Under the pieces are notes generated by a model, which saw only the letters and a list, made by a program, of their open reading frames with translations, made no database searches and had not been told where the DNA came from. A DNA stretch of 38,724 nucleotides from the IMG/VR virus record IMGVR_UViG_3300027980_000019; one strand, written 5' to 3'. Positions 14,423 through 23,346 of this stretch are shown in pieces; within the stretch, counting starts at the first letter, position 1; every line of letters begins with the position of its first letter. The stretch comes from a virus. The translations under genes and the position numbers were made by a program.

Positions 14423-16552
14423 ATGAAGCCAGCTCAAGAAGCACTACAAGATTTCCGAAAGTCGTACTCAGCGGAGTATGACCTGCGTCAACAAGTCATA
14501 GCTGATTTGGAGTTCGCGCTCATCCCTGGTATGCAGTGGGCTGGCTCAGACGCTAAACAATGGGCTAACAAACCAAAGCCAGAAAACAACAAGCTCTTCA
14601 AAAACATCATGGCGATTAATGGCCGGTTTCAAGAGGCTGAATTTGGCGCGCGCATCTCAAGCGCAAGTGATGAAGCCACTGATGATGATGCGGAGACGCT
14701 ACAAAAGCTCTGGCGTAATGACTTCAACGGTTCTGACGGCGCCGATGCTCTGAATAAAGCATTTGAAGAGGCAAGCTTTGGTGGATTCGGCGCGTTCAAG
14801 GTAGTTGCTCGTTACGAAGACGAGGAAGACCCGCAAGATGACCAGCAGTACCTATCGTTTGAAATGATCGGCTCCGCTGCATCTAGTGTGTTCTTTAACG
14901 CTGGCGCCCTGCGTCGTGATAAGACGGACGCCGTTCAGGGCTGGCACTTACAGCGTGTTAATCGTGAGAAGACCGAGGAAGAGTACGGCGTTGATTTTAG
15001 TTCGTTTCCCGCTGGCACCATGACTAACGGTGACTTTTCTTGGATCTGTGGTGATGGTGGCCGCGATGTCTATATTGCCCACTACTATGAGCTGGTCAGT
15101 AAAACCATTGTCGAGTACTCAGTTTACGATGCTGAGGGCGGTTCTTTCCTAATCACCAAGGATGGCCGCAAGTACACAGGTCCGGATGGAGAGCGAATCG
15201 ACAAGGCAGACGTTGACCTGATACTGGAGGTGAACGAATACGACGAAAAGCGCCGGAAGGTTAAGTTTGTCGAGTACGCTGTCATGTCAGGAGATGAGTA
15301 TCTGACTAAGCCTGCTAAGTTGCCGTTTAAGAATATCCCGCTGATTCCAATGTACGGCTATCACCATGAAATAAACGGTATCGAGTTCTACTGCGGTGAA
15401 GTATGCCGCCAGCGTGATTCCCAGAGATTCCTGAATATGGGCTTTGGCGCACTGATGGAAATCCTGTCGGAACCGCAAGTGGCTAAACCTGAATACCTGC
15501 CAGAGCAGATGGAGCGACACGGACAGGCACGAGCTGAACAATCAGTAATAAACCGTCCTTTTCTTTTGAGTGACCCTGTACGAGACGAAAACGGAAATAT
15601 CACACACGTTGGCCCCATTGGTCGGTACGAGCCACCAGAGGCGCGTTCTGGTCTTGTGACGAGCCTACAGTTCCTGTCTCAGAACATACAAGAGCAATCG
15701 GCTAACGGTCAGGCAACACTACCGAGCAATTCCAGCGCCTCAGCAATTCAGCAGGTGAATGAACGTACTGATGATGCGTTCTTGCCGTTGATGACCTCTG
15801 CGTCTAGCTCTATTCGCGTTGCATGCCGAACCTGGATACCAGCGGCTCAGCAGCTTTACTTCACCAATCCCCGCAAGCGTCGCGGCATGGAAGAGGACGG
15901 CAGTTACATTCAGGTCGAGACTATGGTTCCTTCTTATGACAATCAGCGCGGTGTCTACGGAATAACCAAAAACACGGCACGCGGACGCTATGATGTGTCA
16001 GTCAGACAAGGGGAGAGCTACAGAACCAAGAAGGATGCAGAGAGAAACGCAGCAATTGAGATATTGCAATACGCTGATTCAGGCACTCCGCTTGGGCAGA
16101 TGGCGCTACTGAGCGCAATCACCAACACCACGGGCGAAGGTATGCAAGACATGCGGACACTGGCACGCATTCAGCAGATTCAGTCACTGGTGCAGCAGTC
16201 GCTACCTTTGCTGATGAATGGCTACCCACCTGAAAAGCTAGGCATCCGCTCTGAAGAAGAGCTGGCCATCATGCAAATCACTATTCAGCAGGTCATGCAG
16301 GCTCAGCAGCAGCAGAACCCACAAGCGCAAGCGATGGCAATGGAAGGGCAGGCCCGTATGCTTGAGGGTCAGGCGGCAATGGTTGATAAGCAGGTTGATA
16401 TGTTCAACGCTGAAACCAAACGCTTTGAGGCCATACAGAAAGCTCAGAAGTCTGGAATGGATGTAAACAAGATGATGACTGAGATCGAAGGTCAGCAAAT
16501 CAAGAACGCCACTGATCTTGCGAAACTTACCACAGGGGCTGCCCTACAATAG
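14423..16552 (+). CDS. Portal protein (P22-like, with a long C-terminal helical barrel)
   Basis: 709 aa immediately after terL. The Q/A/M-rich helical tail (QQVMQAQQQQNPQAQAMAMEGQARMLEGQAAMVDKQ...) is like the P22 portal barrel. Confidence 0.85.
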   Translation: MKPAQEALQDFRKSYSAEYDLRQQVIADLEFALIPGMQWAGSDAKQWANKPKPENNKLFKNIMAINGRFQEAEFGARISSASDEATDDDAETLQKLWRNDFNGSDGADALNKAFEEASFGGFGAFKVVARYEDEEDPQDDQQYLSFEMIGSAASSVFFNAGALRRDKTDAVQGWHLQRVNREKTEEEYGVDFSSFPAGTMTNGDFSWICGDGGRDVYIAHYYELVSKTIVEYSVYDAEGGSFLITKDGRKYTGPDGERIDKADVDLILEVNEYDEKRRKVKFVEYAVMSGDEYLTKPAKLPFKNIPLIPMYGYHHEINGIEFYCGEVCRQRDSQRFLNMGFGALMEILSEPQVAKPEYLPEQMERHGQARAEQSVINRPFLLSDPVRDENGNITHVGPIGRYEPPEARSGLVTSLQFLSQNIQEQSANGQATLPSNSSASAIQQVNERTDDAFLPLMTSASSSIRVACRTWIPAAQQLYFTNPRKRRGMEEDGSYIQVETMVPSYDNQRGVYGITKNTARGRYDVSVRQGESYRTKKDAERNAAIEILQYADSGTPLGQMALLSAITNTTGEGMQDMRTLARIQQIQSLVQQSLPLLMNGYPPEKLGIRSEEELAIMQITIQQVMQAQQQQNPQAQAMAMEGQARMLEGQAAMVDKQVDMFNAETKRFEAIQKAQKSGMDVNKMMTEIEGQQIKNATDLAKLTTGAALQ

Positions 16553-16573
16553 CAAGGGTGAAACCAACCAAAG

Positions 16574-16595
16574 ACCGGCCACGTGCCGGTTTTTT
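16574..16595 (+). terminator. Rho-independent terminator
   Basis: accggc-cacgt-gccggt stem-loop followed by TTTTT. Confidence 0.75.
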
Positions 16596-16611
16596 CGTTT
16601 ATAGGCAAAAG

Positions 16612-16641
16612 TTGCACTTGTCAATGATGTTGGCGTAAAAT
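16612..16641 (+). promoter_or_regulatory. Sigma70-like promoter TTGCAC-N18-TAAAAT
   Basis: Hexamers read directly. Lies between the portal terminator and the scaffold gene. Confidence 0.45.
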
Positions 16642-16700
16642 GTCATAAAGCCCCACGGTGCTTTACCGTGTTTACGTTACCACCTGACGGAGATTATCAA

Positions 16701-17606
16701 ATGGGTGATTCTGGAACTATGACTGAAGACGAGCGCGAAATTGAGCAACCTACCGATTCTGTGGTGGATGAAGTAGAGGAAGGCGTTACACCACAAGACG
16801 CCGATACCGATCAAGATGAGTACGAGTTGACGGTTGATGCCGAGCCAGATACTGAAACGGCAAAAGATGAAACGGATTGGCGAGCAGTAGCTAAAGCGAA
16901 AGCCGATAAGTTTAAGAAGGCGCGTGAAGCCCGTGAAAAGGCAGAGCGTGAAAAAGCAGAGCTTGAGGAGCGTCTTGCAAAGCAGGAAGCTATGCTGCGT
17001 GAGCTGACAGCGAAGAAGAGACCGACGCTTTCTGACCATGACTATGATGAAGAGGCGTATGCCGCTGCATTGCTAGAGTGGAATCAGAGCCAGGTTTCGA
17101 CCAAGCCAAAGCCAGCGCAACAGAATCAAGCGACAATCGATGAAAGCGTGCTAGAGGAACAGATTGAAAGTGCTGAACGTATGCGCTCTCAGTTGAAAAC
17201 CTATGATGAATCAGAGAACAAGCTGAAGTCGAAAGTTACTGATGCTGGAGCTGATTTTGACCAGGTGTCTTATGGCATTGCTGAAATCTGCTCAACTTAT
17301 GGTATTGATTACGCCACATCTGTTTTAGCGCTATCGGAAGTTCCGGGAGTGTTTGAAAAAGTGGCCGAAAGTGCTAAGGACGAGCGATCTGTTGTTCGTA
17401 TCCTTCGCAAGGCTTCGCAAAAGGTTAAGATTCAGCCAAAGCGTAAAATCGAAACCAAACCAGAACCTCAAATATCTGGCGGCGGCGCTGTTAGTAGCCT
17501 TCAGGCGGAGTTTCAAAAAGCTGAGAAGCGATATAAAGAAACTGGTCGCCTTGAAGACTTTAAAGCAATGTCAGCAGCCAAAAAACGCTTAAAGGAAGGT
17601 AGCTAA
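16701..17606 (+). CDS. Scaffolding protein
   Basis: Acidic N-terminus, long K/E/A coiled coil, basic C-terminal helix-turn-helix-like tail. Sits between the portal and capsid genes. ATG 16701 has a GGAG RBS. Confidence 0.75.
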   Translation: MGDSGTMTEDEREIEQPTDSVVDEVEEGVTPQDADTDQDEYELTVDAEPDTETAKDETDWRAVAKAKADKFKKAREAREKAEREKAELEERLAKQEAMLRELTAKKRPTLSDHDYDEEAYAAALLEWNQSQVSTKPKPAQQNQATIDESVLEEQIESAERMRSQLKTYDESENKLKSKVTDAGADFDQVSYGIAEICSTYGIDYATSVLALSEVPGVFEKVAESAKDERSVVRILRKASQKVKIQPKRKIETKPEPQISGGGAVSSLQAEFQKAEKRYKETGRLEDFKAMSAAKKRLKEGS

Positions 17607-17608
17607 AA

Positions 17609-18859
17609 ATGGCTAATTCATTCGCAAAAGATAAGATGCACACACTGTTCGGAGAGGTAGCTGAAACCACCTCAATGAACATGACACTCTCGAAGGATAT
17701 GGACGTGTATGATATGTCCGATGCTTCTGACATGGGTCGCACAACTGAGTCTGATGGCTCTGGTGCTGACATTGAATACATCCCTCAAGAATACCGCTTT
17801 ACGGTTCAGGATGGTCATGTATCTTCAGGCTCTGATTTCCAAAACCTGACAGACCGCATGATTCCAGTGCGCCGAAATAAGTCAAAGCGTATTCTGACGC
17901 AAATCAGCACAAAGGACCTGCGTGACCCGGCTCGCCTTGAGCGCGCGCGTAAGGGGATGGCTAAGGACATCGCGTACGCGGTCGATACCACCCTTTATCA
18001 GGAAATGATCAATAAGTCGTCTATCGTTGAAACCAGCGCGACTGACTTTGACTATGACCTGGCTATTGATGCTGAAACCACCATGCTTAACCGTGGCTTG
18101 AGTGCTTACGACAAGAAACTTTTCCTGTCTAACACTCACTACCGCAAAGTGGCAAAAGAGCTGGCAAACGCAAGCCGAGACGTTCGTGTTGACGATGCGC
18201 TGACTCGTGCGAAGATTCCGAATCTGGCAACGTTCGACACCATGCGTTCTGATTACCTGCTGACTCTGGCGGCGTCCACTGGTACTGGCCTCACGGTCAA
18301 CGGTGACCAGTCGCACACTGTAAGCACGTATGACAGTGCTGGTAACTTCTACGAAGATAACCGTCAGATGACCCTGAACATTACAGGCGTTACTGCGGCG
18401 AACTTCCCGGTAGGTACCAAATTTACTATCGCTGGTATCAATGCGCTGAACCCGACTACTCGCACCGACAATGGTGAGTTGCAGACCTTTACAGTTCTGT
18501 CCTCTACCACTGGCTCTGCGGTAATCTCACCAGCCATCGTCACCACTGGCCGATACGCTAACTGCTCAGACATCGCTAACACAGGTAACGCTGTTACGGT
18601 TCTGAACATTGCAAGTAATGCGCCGTCTCTGTTCTACACTCCAGAGTCTACCGTGATTGTACCGGGCCGCCTGCCTGTCGCACCTGAAGCGAATAACGTT
18701 AATGTTATCGAAGCAGTGACCGACAACGGCCTGCCAATGCGCATGACTTACGAGTGGGACTTCCACAACGAAGTTCTGAACTGTAAGACTCTGATTTACT
18801 TTGATACCGTGGTACTCCAGCCTGACATGGTTGGTTGTATCCTCGACAATCAGGTGTAA
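17609..18859 (+). CDS. Major capsid protein
   Basis: 416 aa directly after the scaffold gene, followed by the strongest terminator in the window. The call is based on position and size. Confidence 0.8.
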   Translation: MANSFAKDKMHTLFGEVAETTSMNMTLSKDMDVYDMSDASDMGRTTESDGSGADIEYIPQEYRFTVQDGHVSSGSDFQNLTDRMIPVRRNKSKRILTQISTKDLRDPARLERARKGMAKDIAYAVDTTLYQEMINKSSIVETSATDFDYDLAIDAETTMLNRGLSAYDKKLFLSNTHYRKVAKELANASRDVRVDDALTRAKIPNLATFDTMRSDYLLTLAASTGTGLTVNGDQSHTVSTYDSAGNFYEDNRQMTLNITGVTAANFPVGTKFTIAGINALNPTTRTDNGELQTFTVLSSTTGSAVISPAIVTTGRYANCSDIANTGNAVTVLNIASNAPSLFYTPESTVIVPGRLPVAPEANNVNVIEAVTDNGLPMRMTYEWDFHNEVLNCKTLIYFDTVVLQPDMVGCILDNQV

Positions 18860-18865
18860 TTCAGT

Positions 18866-18886
18866 GGGGGCTTCGGCCCCCTTTTT
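18866..18886 (+). terminator. Rho-independent terminator (UUCG loop)
   Basis: gggggc-ttcg-gccccc followed by TTTTT. Confidence 0.9.
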
Positions 18887-18904
18887 ACAAACTGAGGGTA
18901 ATCT

Positions 18905-19204
18905 ATGATTCATGTATTTAAGGCTGGTGGCGATTGGGTCGCTAAAGACGGTACGGCATACACTATTAAATCCATCAAGGAAGATAAAAAGAGTGAGTAT
19001 CTTTCTAATGGCTGGGTGTCATCGCTATCAGAAGTAAAGACCGAAGTGGAAAGCACCGGTGTTGATGGTGGCGACTACGAGCGAGAAATTCGAGATAAGC
19101 TGAAATCCTACGGCATTAATCCTGGCGGTCGTGCTAAAATCGAGACAATGGAAAAGCAGCTTGCCGAAGCCGAAGCAAAAGCAGAATTAAACGTAACTGA
19201 ATAG
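18905..19204 (+). CDS. Hypothetical structural-module protein
   Basis: 99-aa ORF with a GAGGG RBS. Confidence 0.55.
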   Translation: MIHVFKAGGDWVAKDGTAYTIKSIKEDKKSEYLSNGWVSSLSEVKTEVESTGVDGGDYEREIRDKLKSYGINPGGRAKIETMEKQLAEAEAKAELNVTE

Positions 19205-19215
19205 AGGAATCTGGA

Positions 19216-20994
19216 ATGCGTTACATTATCCCATTGGTGAATGGTTCATACACAGAAGGCGATTCTGCAATCGTGACAGAAGGTACTCGTAATGATTCCA
19301 GTACTCATAAAATTATCGTAGCTGTAAATGGTGCGCCACAAGGCGGCAAGATTACCATTCAGTCTAAATCACCTGGCCGGTCAAATTGGTCAGAGGTTGA
19401 TTATACAAATCTTTCTGAAGTCAGCCCTCAGACAATCGAGTACACAGGCGATATAAGCCAATATCGTTTTATTGTTCAAGGGGCTTCAGGTTCCGGTTCT
19501 GTAATTATCTCAGACACCGAAGAAGGCGAAGAAATTACACCGTTTGGACTGTTTGGAGCCACGATCGGCATGACGCCGGAAGAGATTGGTTTCTCACTGA
19601 GAGTTTCATACAACACTGCTGCGGGTTTAACTATACCCTCGTTCTTGTCTGCGAATGCGTCAGGCACTACCGTCAGCCTGTCGTGGACGAATCCCAGTTC
19701 AGCGTCCGATTTCAACGTATATCAGAACGGCGTTTTGCTTGGAACCGTAGTGGGCGGCACCACGTACTCGGTAGCGGGACTAGCAGAAACAACTTTGTAT
19801 TCATATACCGTTCAGCCTATTGTGGATGGCTCGCCAGTTGTGACAGCCGAAAGTAATCTAGTGTCAGAGTTGACAGGAACGCAGAGTAGTTATGTTGAAA
19901 CGTTCGTGGCATACGGCCAGCAGGCGTACCGCGCAAATAGTAACTCTTCGACAAGCAATAAGCAGCTTATGGCGCAAACCGTTTTTACGGTTGAGGAAAC
20001 GCAGACTCATTTGCGACTGGCTTTTGATAATGCGTACTCGTACACCAGTAGCTCTGGAGATGCTGCGAAAACTCCGGCACCGGGAAGTGCGACAATATCG
20101 GCCTCTATCGTTGATGCATCCGGAAATTTCACCCGCGTTACCTTTTCCGGTTCTAATGACACCGTGGTTGCTGCGGGAGGGGCAGTGGTCTCTGATGAGG
20201 TTGAGCTGACCGCTCCTATTGCTCCAGGCTCAACTCATTTTGTCCGGGTTTACTATCGCTCGGCTGACGGCATCGTGTACGGTGATAAAGTCGCGGTTGG
20301 TGTCGGTAATACGATGGAGTTCAGCACGACCACAGTTACGGACAAGACAATGTCCGGGACGATTGTTGGTACTGATGGGTTCTGCTTCCCTCCATTTGCA
20401 ATTATTGGCCGCCAGACCGGCTCCAAGCGGTCCGTGCTCTGCTTGGGTGACTCTATTTGCTGGGGCACAGGCGACCAAGAGGAGCGCGTTGACGCGGCTT
20501 ACGGTATTATTTCCCGCAGTCTTTATGGGTTTAATCCTAACGTCATCATGGGGCGCCCCGGGGGCAGGGTTGAAAACTTCCTTGTGGACCGTAGCAATAT
20601 CGGGATTGTTGATGATTATGTCGATGTTGTTATCAGCAACTTCGGAACTAACGACCTAAACAGTCGAACGGTTCAGCAGTTGTTTGATGACCTGACATCG
20701 CTTAGGAATTCTGCGGCGTATGCTGACAAGGATTTTTATATTCTCACACTAATCCCCAGAACTGATGCTGGAAATGTCCCGAATCTTGTGACTCCTAAAG
20801 TCGCTGACTTTAACTCACGACTGCGATCTGGTGAGTTCGATTCTGTATTTACAGGATATTTTGACGTTGCGGCTGTGCTTGAAGACCCGGCGGCTCCCGG
20901 TACATGGGATGATGAGACAGACACGAACGATTACATCCATCCAAACCAGCAGGGATACGACAAAGTCGCTGCATCTGGGGTGATAGTGTTATGA
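19216..20994 (+). CDS. Virion-module protein with an FN3-like domain and a C-terminal SGNH/GDSL hydrolase domain
   Basis: FN3-like segment SLSWTNPSSASDFNVYQNG...YSYTVQP. SGNH blocks: CLGDSICWG (block I), GRPGG (block II-like), FGTNDL (block III), DYIHPN (block V). Confidence 0.75.
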   Translation: MRYIIPLVNGSYTEGDSAIVTEGTRNDSSTHKIIVAVNGAPQGGKITIQSKSPGRSNWSEVDYTNLSEVSPQTIEYTGDISQYRFIVQGASGSGSVIISDTEEGEEITPFGLFGATIGMTPEEIGFSLRVSYNTAAGLTIPSFLSANASGTTVSLSWTNPSSASDFNVYQNGVLLGTVVGGTTYSVAGLAETTLYSYTVQPIVDGSPVVTAESNLVSELTGTQSSYVETFVAYGQQAYRANSNSSTSNKQLMAQTVFTVEETQTHLRLAFDNAYSYTSSSGDAAKTPAPGSATISASIVDASGNFTRVTFSGSNDTVVAAGGAVVSDEVELTAPIAPGSTHFVRVYYRSADGIVYGDKVAVGVGNTMEFSTTTVTDKTMSGTIVGTDGFCFPPFAIIGRQTGSKRSVLCLGDSICWGTGDQEERVDAAYGIISRSLYGFNPNVIMGRPGGRVENFLVDRSNIGIVDDYVDVVISNFGTNDLNSRTVQQLFDDLTSLRNSAAYADKDFYILTLIPRTDAGNVPNLVTPKVADFNSRLRSGEFDSVFTGYFDVAAVLEDPAAPGTWDDETDTNDYIHPNQQGYDKVAASGVIVL

Positions 20995-21374
20995 CCACAG
21001 AAACCGAACAATACTTCTTAGAACGCGCCGCAGAGTCAGGCATTCCGACCACAACAGACGCGATTAAAAACGACATTCAGGCCGACGCAGACGACGCCGG
21101 CTTGACGTTTAATAACCCGTCAGAGTATTCGCCGTGGTGGAAATTCCTGACCGCCATCGCAGTCAACCCGGTCAATCAATTAATTCAGTTCGTCATAACG
21201 CACGTCATGCCGAATCTGTTTTTCAAAACCGCGACAGGCGATTACCTCGACATACTGGGCGAAGATAAAGATGAGAGCACAATTTATATTACAGCCGACT
21301 GGATAGAGAAAACCAAAGCACTGAAGCTGGCAGTCATACAAGACGCCAGCCTTAACTTAAAGAGGTTAAAATGA
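20991..21374 (+). CDS. Hypothetical structural-module protein
   Basis: 127-aa ORF coupled at both ends by ATGA overlaps. Confidence 0.55.
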   Translation: MTTETEQYFLERAAESGIPTTTDAIKNDIQADADDAGLTFNNPSEYSPWWKFLTAIAVNPVNQLIQFVITHVMPNLFFKTATGDYLDILGEDKDESTIYITADWIEKTKALKLAVIQDASLNLKRLK

Positions 21375-21868
21375 CAACCAAGCAGACGATTATAGAACAG
21401 GCGCTGGACGATATATCATTTTCAGGCGACTATGATTCGTCTTTGCTTGCGCGCGGCTTGCGGACATTAGATCAAATGATGGCGGCATGGCTGAATGAAG
21501 GCATTGATATTGGATACCTTCAGGATGAGACTACGGCATTGACCGACGAGTCAGGGCTGCTGGTTCAATTCTTGAAAGTCGTCAGGATGAACTTAGCTTG
21601 TGAGCTTGCGGACCAATTAGACTTGTTTGTATCGCCTACCTACCGCCTGAACGCCGGTAACGCTTATAGGGCGCTGTTTAGCATTACGCCGCCGTCTACT
21701 GTCAGTAACCCGTTCATGCCGCTTGGTGCCGGTAATGCACGCGGAAGATGCGGTTCTGCTTATGCTCAGTATCAAGAGCTTGGTACTGATTACATCGAAG
21801 ACCTGACCGACGACGCAGGCGTTTCTGTTACCGATGATGACGGCTTTATCATTAGCTTTGAGGAATAA
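21371..21868 (+). CDS. P22 gp4-like head-completion / tail adaptor protein
   Basis: 165 aa (P22 gp4 is about 166 aa). LDQMMAAWLNEG and NLACELA resemble the gp4 segments MMAEW..G and NLACRIA as I recall them. Confidence 0.55.
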   Translation: MTTKQTIIEQALDDISFSGDYDSSLLARGLRTLDQMMAAWLNEGIDIGYLQDETTALTDESGLLVQFLKVVRMNLACELADQLDLFVSPTYRLNAGNAYRALFSITPPSTVSNPFMPLGAGNARGRCGSAYAQYQELGTDYIEDLTDDAGVSVTDDDGFIISFEE

Positions 21869-21870
21869 TC

Positions 21871-23346
21871 ATGGTTGACCTGACAAAAAAGCGCAACGTA
21901 AAGAACTATCCAGAGCGGGCGCTATCCTCAACAGACTCCGCGATTGTTTATAATCCTGATGCGGCTGAAGGAAATAGGATGGCCCGGGTTCCGTTGCGGG
22001 ACTCAATCATATCGCTTGAACAAGAAGCCTATGATGATATTGCAGAGCTACAGTCTGAAATGGATTCGGCAGAGTCTGGGTTGGCAGCTGCTCAAGCTGA
22101 TGTGGCAGCTGCTCAATCAGACATAATCACGCTTAACAGCAAGACTTTCGAGTATTTATCAGTAGTCAAAACAGCTGACGACCTATCCGGCACCCTATCA
22201 AGCAATGTTGTATATGCGGTGGATGGAGTTATTGACCTTACTGGCACTGGTGTATCAATCGAAGTTCCCTCTGGCGGCTTAAGCATTATCGGCTTATCTC
22301 TGGATAACTTCGGGCTGGTCTGTAACGACGACAGTTATACAATGTTCACCTCACCAGTCGGCGGCTCTGGAAACGTCTTTCTTCAGGATTTATATGTAAC
22401 CACGGACGGTTCTGGGTCGCAGGTTTTCGACCTTGTTTCGGTGGATGGCAACAGTGCAGTTGAATTTAATAAGGTTAATTTTGTTGGGTGTACAAGCCGA
22501 GGTGAAATAGACGGGTATCGACAGGGGCTTGAGGTTGGCTGCGGTATGTTTGGTGGTACTCCATCACTAACGCTTACTAATGCATGGTCTGGCGGCTATC
22601 GTATCAGTACTACTAATGTATTCGGAATTAGCGACGCAATGACCGACCCGCTTTTTAAGGCTGGGCCTGGCTTCTCAATGCAGAATAGATTCTTCTCTGA
22701 TGTAAATGCAAATTTAGGCTCTACAGCGGCATTTTTTGATTTCACGCCAGCCATGTTCCCTAATGACAATACGGTGCAGCTTAACGGCGCTCAGCTTCAA
22801 AGGAATGGCGTTTTTGATACATCTGATACCACTATCATCCCTAACATGGATCAGACAGACCTGTGTTCAAAGTGGGAGGGCTGTGTGGGTATTCGCAACA
22901 CATCGCAAGGCGGTAAGATTTCTGTATCATCTAGCTCTGCCACTTCGATAGCTTCTGCTGGTACTTTTTACGACTTGGCTGGTACATGGACAGCGAGCGA
23001 CCTAGACCACTTTAGCTCTCCGGCAAACGGTCAGATAAGGCATGACACATCAAGCCCACAGGAATACTCTGCAAACTACAGTATTGACTTGATCGGCGGT
23101 AGCGGTGATGAGGTGGCTATAAAGCTGGTCAAATGGGATGAGTCTGCATCTTCTTTTGTTGATGTTGCCTCCCAGACTCAGATTATAGAAAATAGAATTT
23201 TAACGGCTGACCGTGTGTCATTTGTTAATGTCGTCCCGGTTGATTTGGATGACGGTGATTACCTAAAGCTGCAAGTGGCAAACTTATCTGACACAACAAA
23301 TGTTACTGCTGACACTGAATCATTCCTGTTTCTGAGTAAACGATAA
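21871..23346 (+). CDS. Tail fibre / tailspike-like protein 1 (coiled coil plus beta-helix-like body)
   Basis: The N-terminus MVDLTKKRNVKNY is shared with the 29406 tailspike. Has the coiled coil ELQSEMDSAESGLAAAQADVAAAQSDI and G/S/T/N/V-rich repetitive strands. Confidence 0.6.
   Translation: MVDLTKKRNVKNYPERALSSTDSAIVYNPDAAEGNRMARVPLRDSIISLEQEAYDDIAELQSEMDSAESGLAAAQADVAAAQSDIITLNSKTFEYLSVVKTADDLSGTLSSNVVYAVDGVIDLTGTGVSIEVPSGGLSIIGLSLDNFGLVCNDDSYTMFTSPVGGSGNVFLQDLYVTTDGSGSQVFDLVSVDGNSAVEFNKVNFVGCTSRGEIDGYRQGLEVGCGMFGGTPSLTLTNAWSGGYRISTTNVFGISDAMTDPLFKAGPGFSMQNRFFSDVNANLGSTAAFFDFTPAMFPNDNTVQLNGAQLQRNGVFDTSDTTIIPNMDQTDLCSKWEGCVGIRNTSQGGKISVSSSSATSIASAGTFYDLAGTWTASDLDHFSSPANGQIRHDTSSPQEYSANYSIDLIGGSGDEVAIKLVKWDESASSFVDVASQTQIIENRILTADRVSFVNVVPVDLDDGDYLKLQVANLSDTTNVTADTESFLFLSKR

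Noticed and set aside
19892-20659. Alternative-frame + strand ORFs 19892..20209 and 20219..20659 inside the SGNH gene
   Set aside because: They are embedded in a gene with clear domain motifs in the other frame. Their Arg/Leu/Ser-rich composition is typical of off-frame translation of GC-rich coding DNA.
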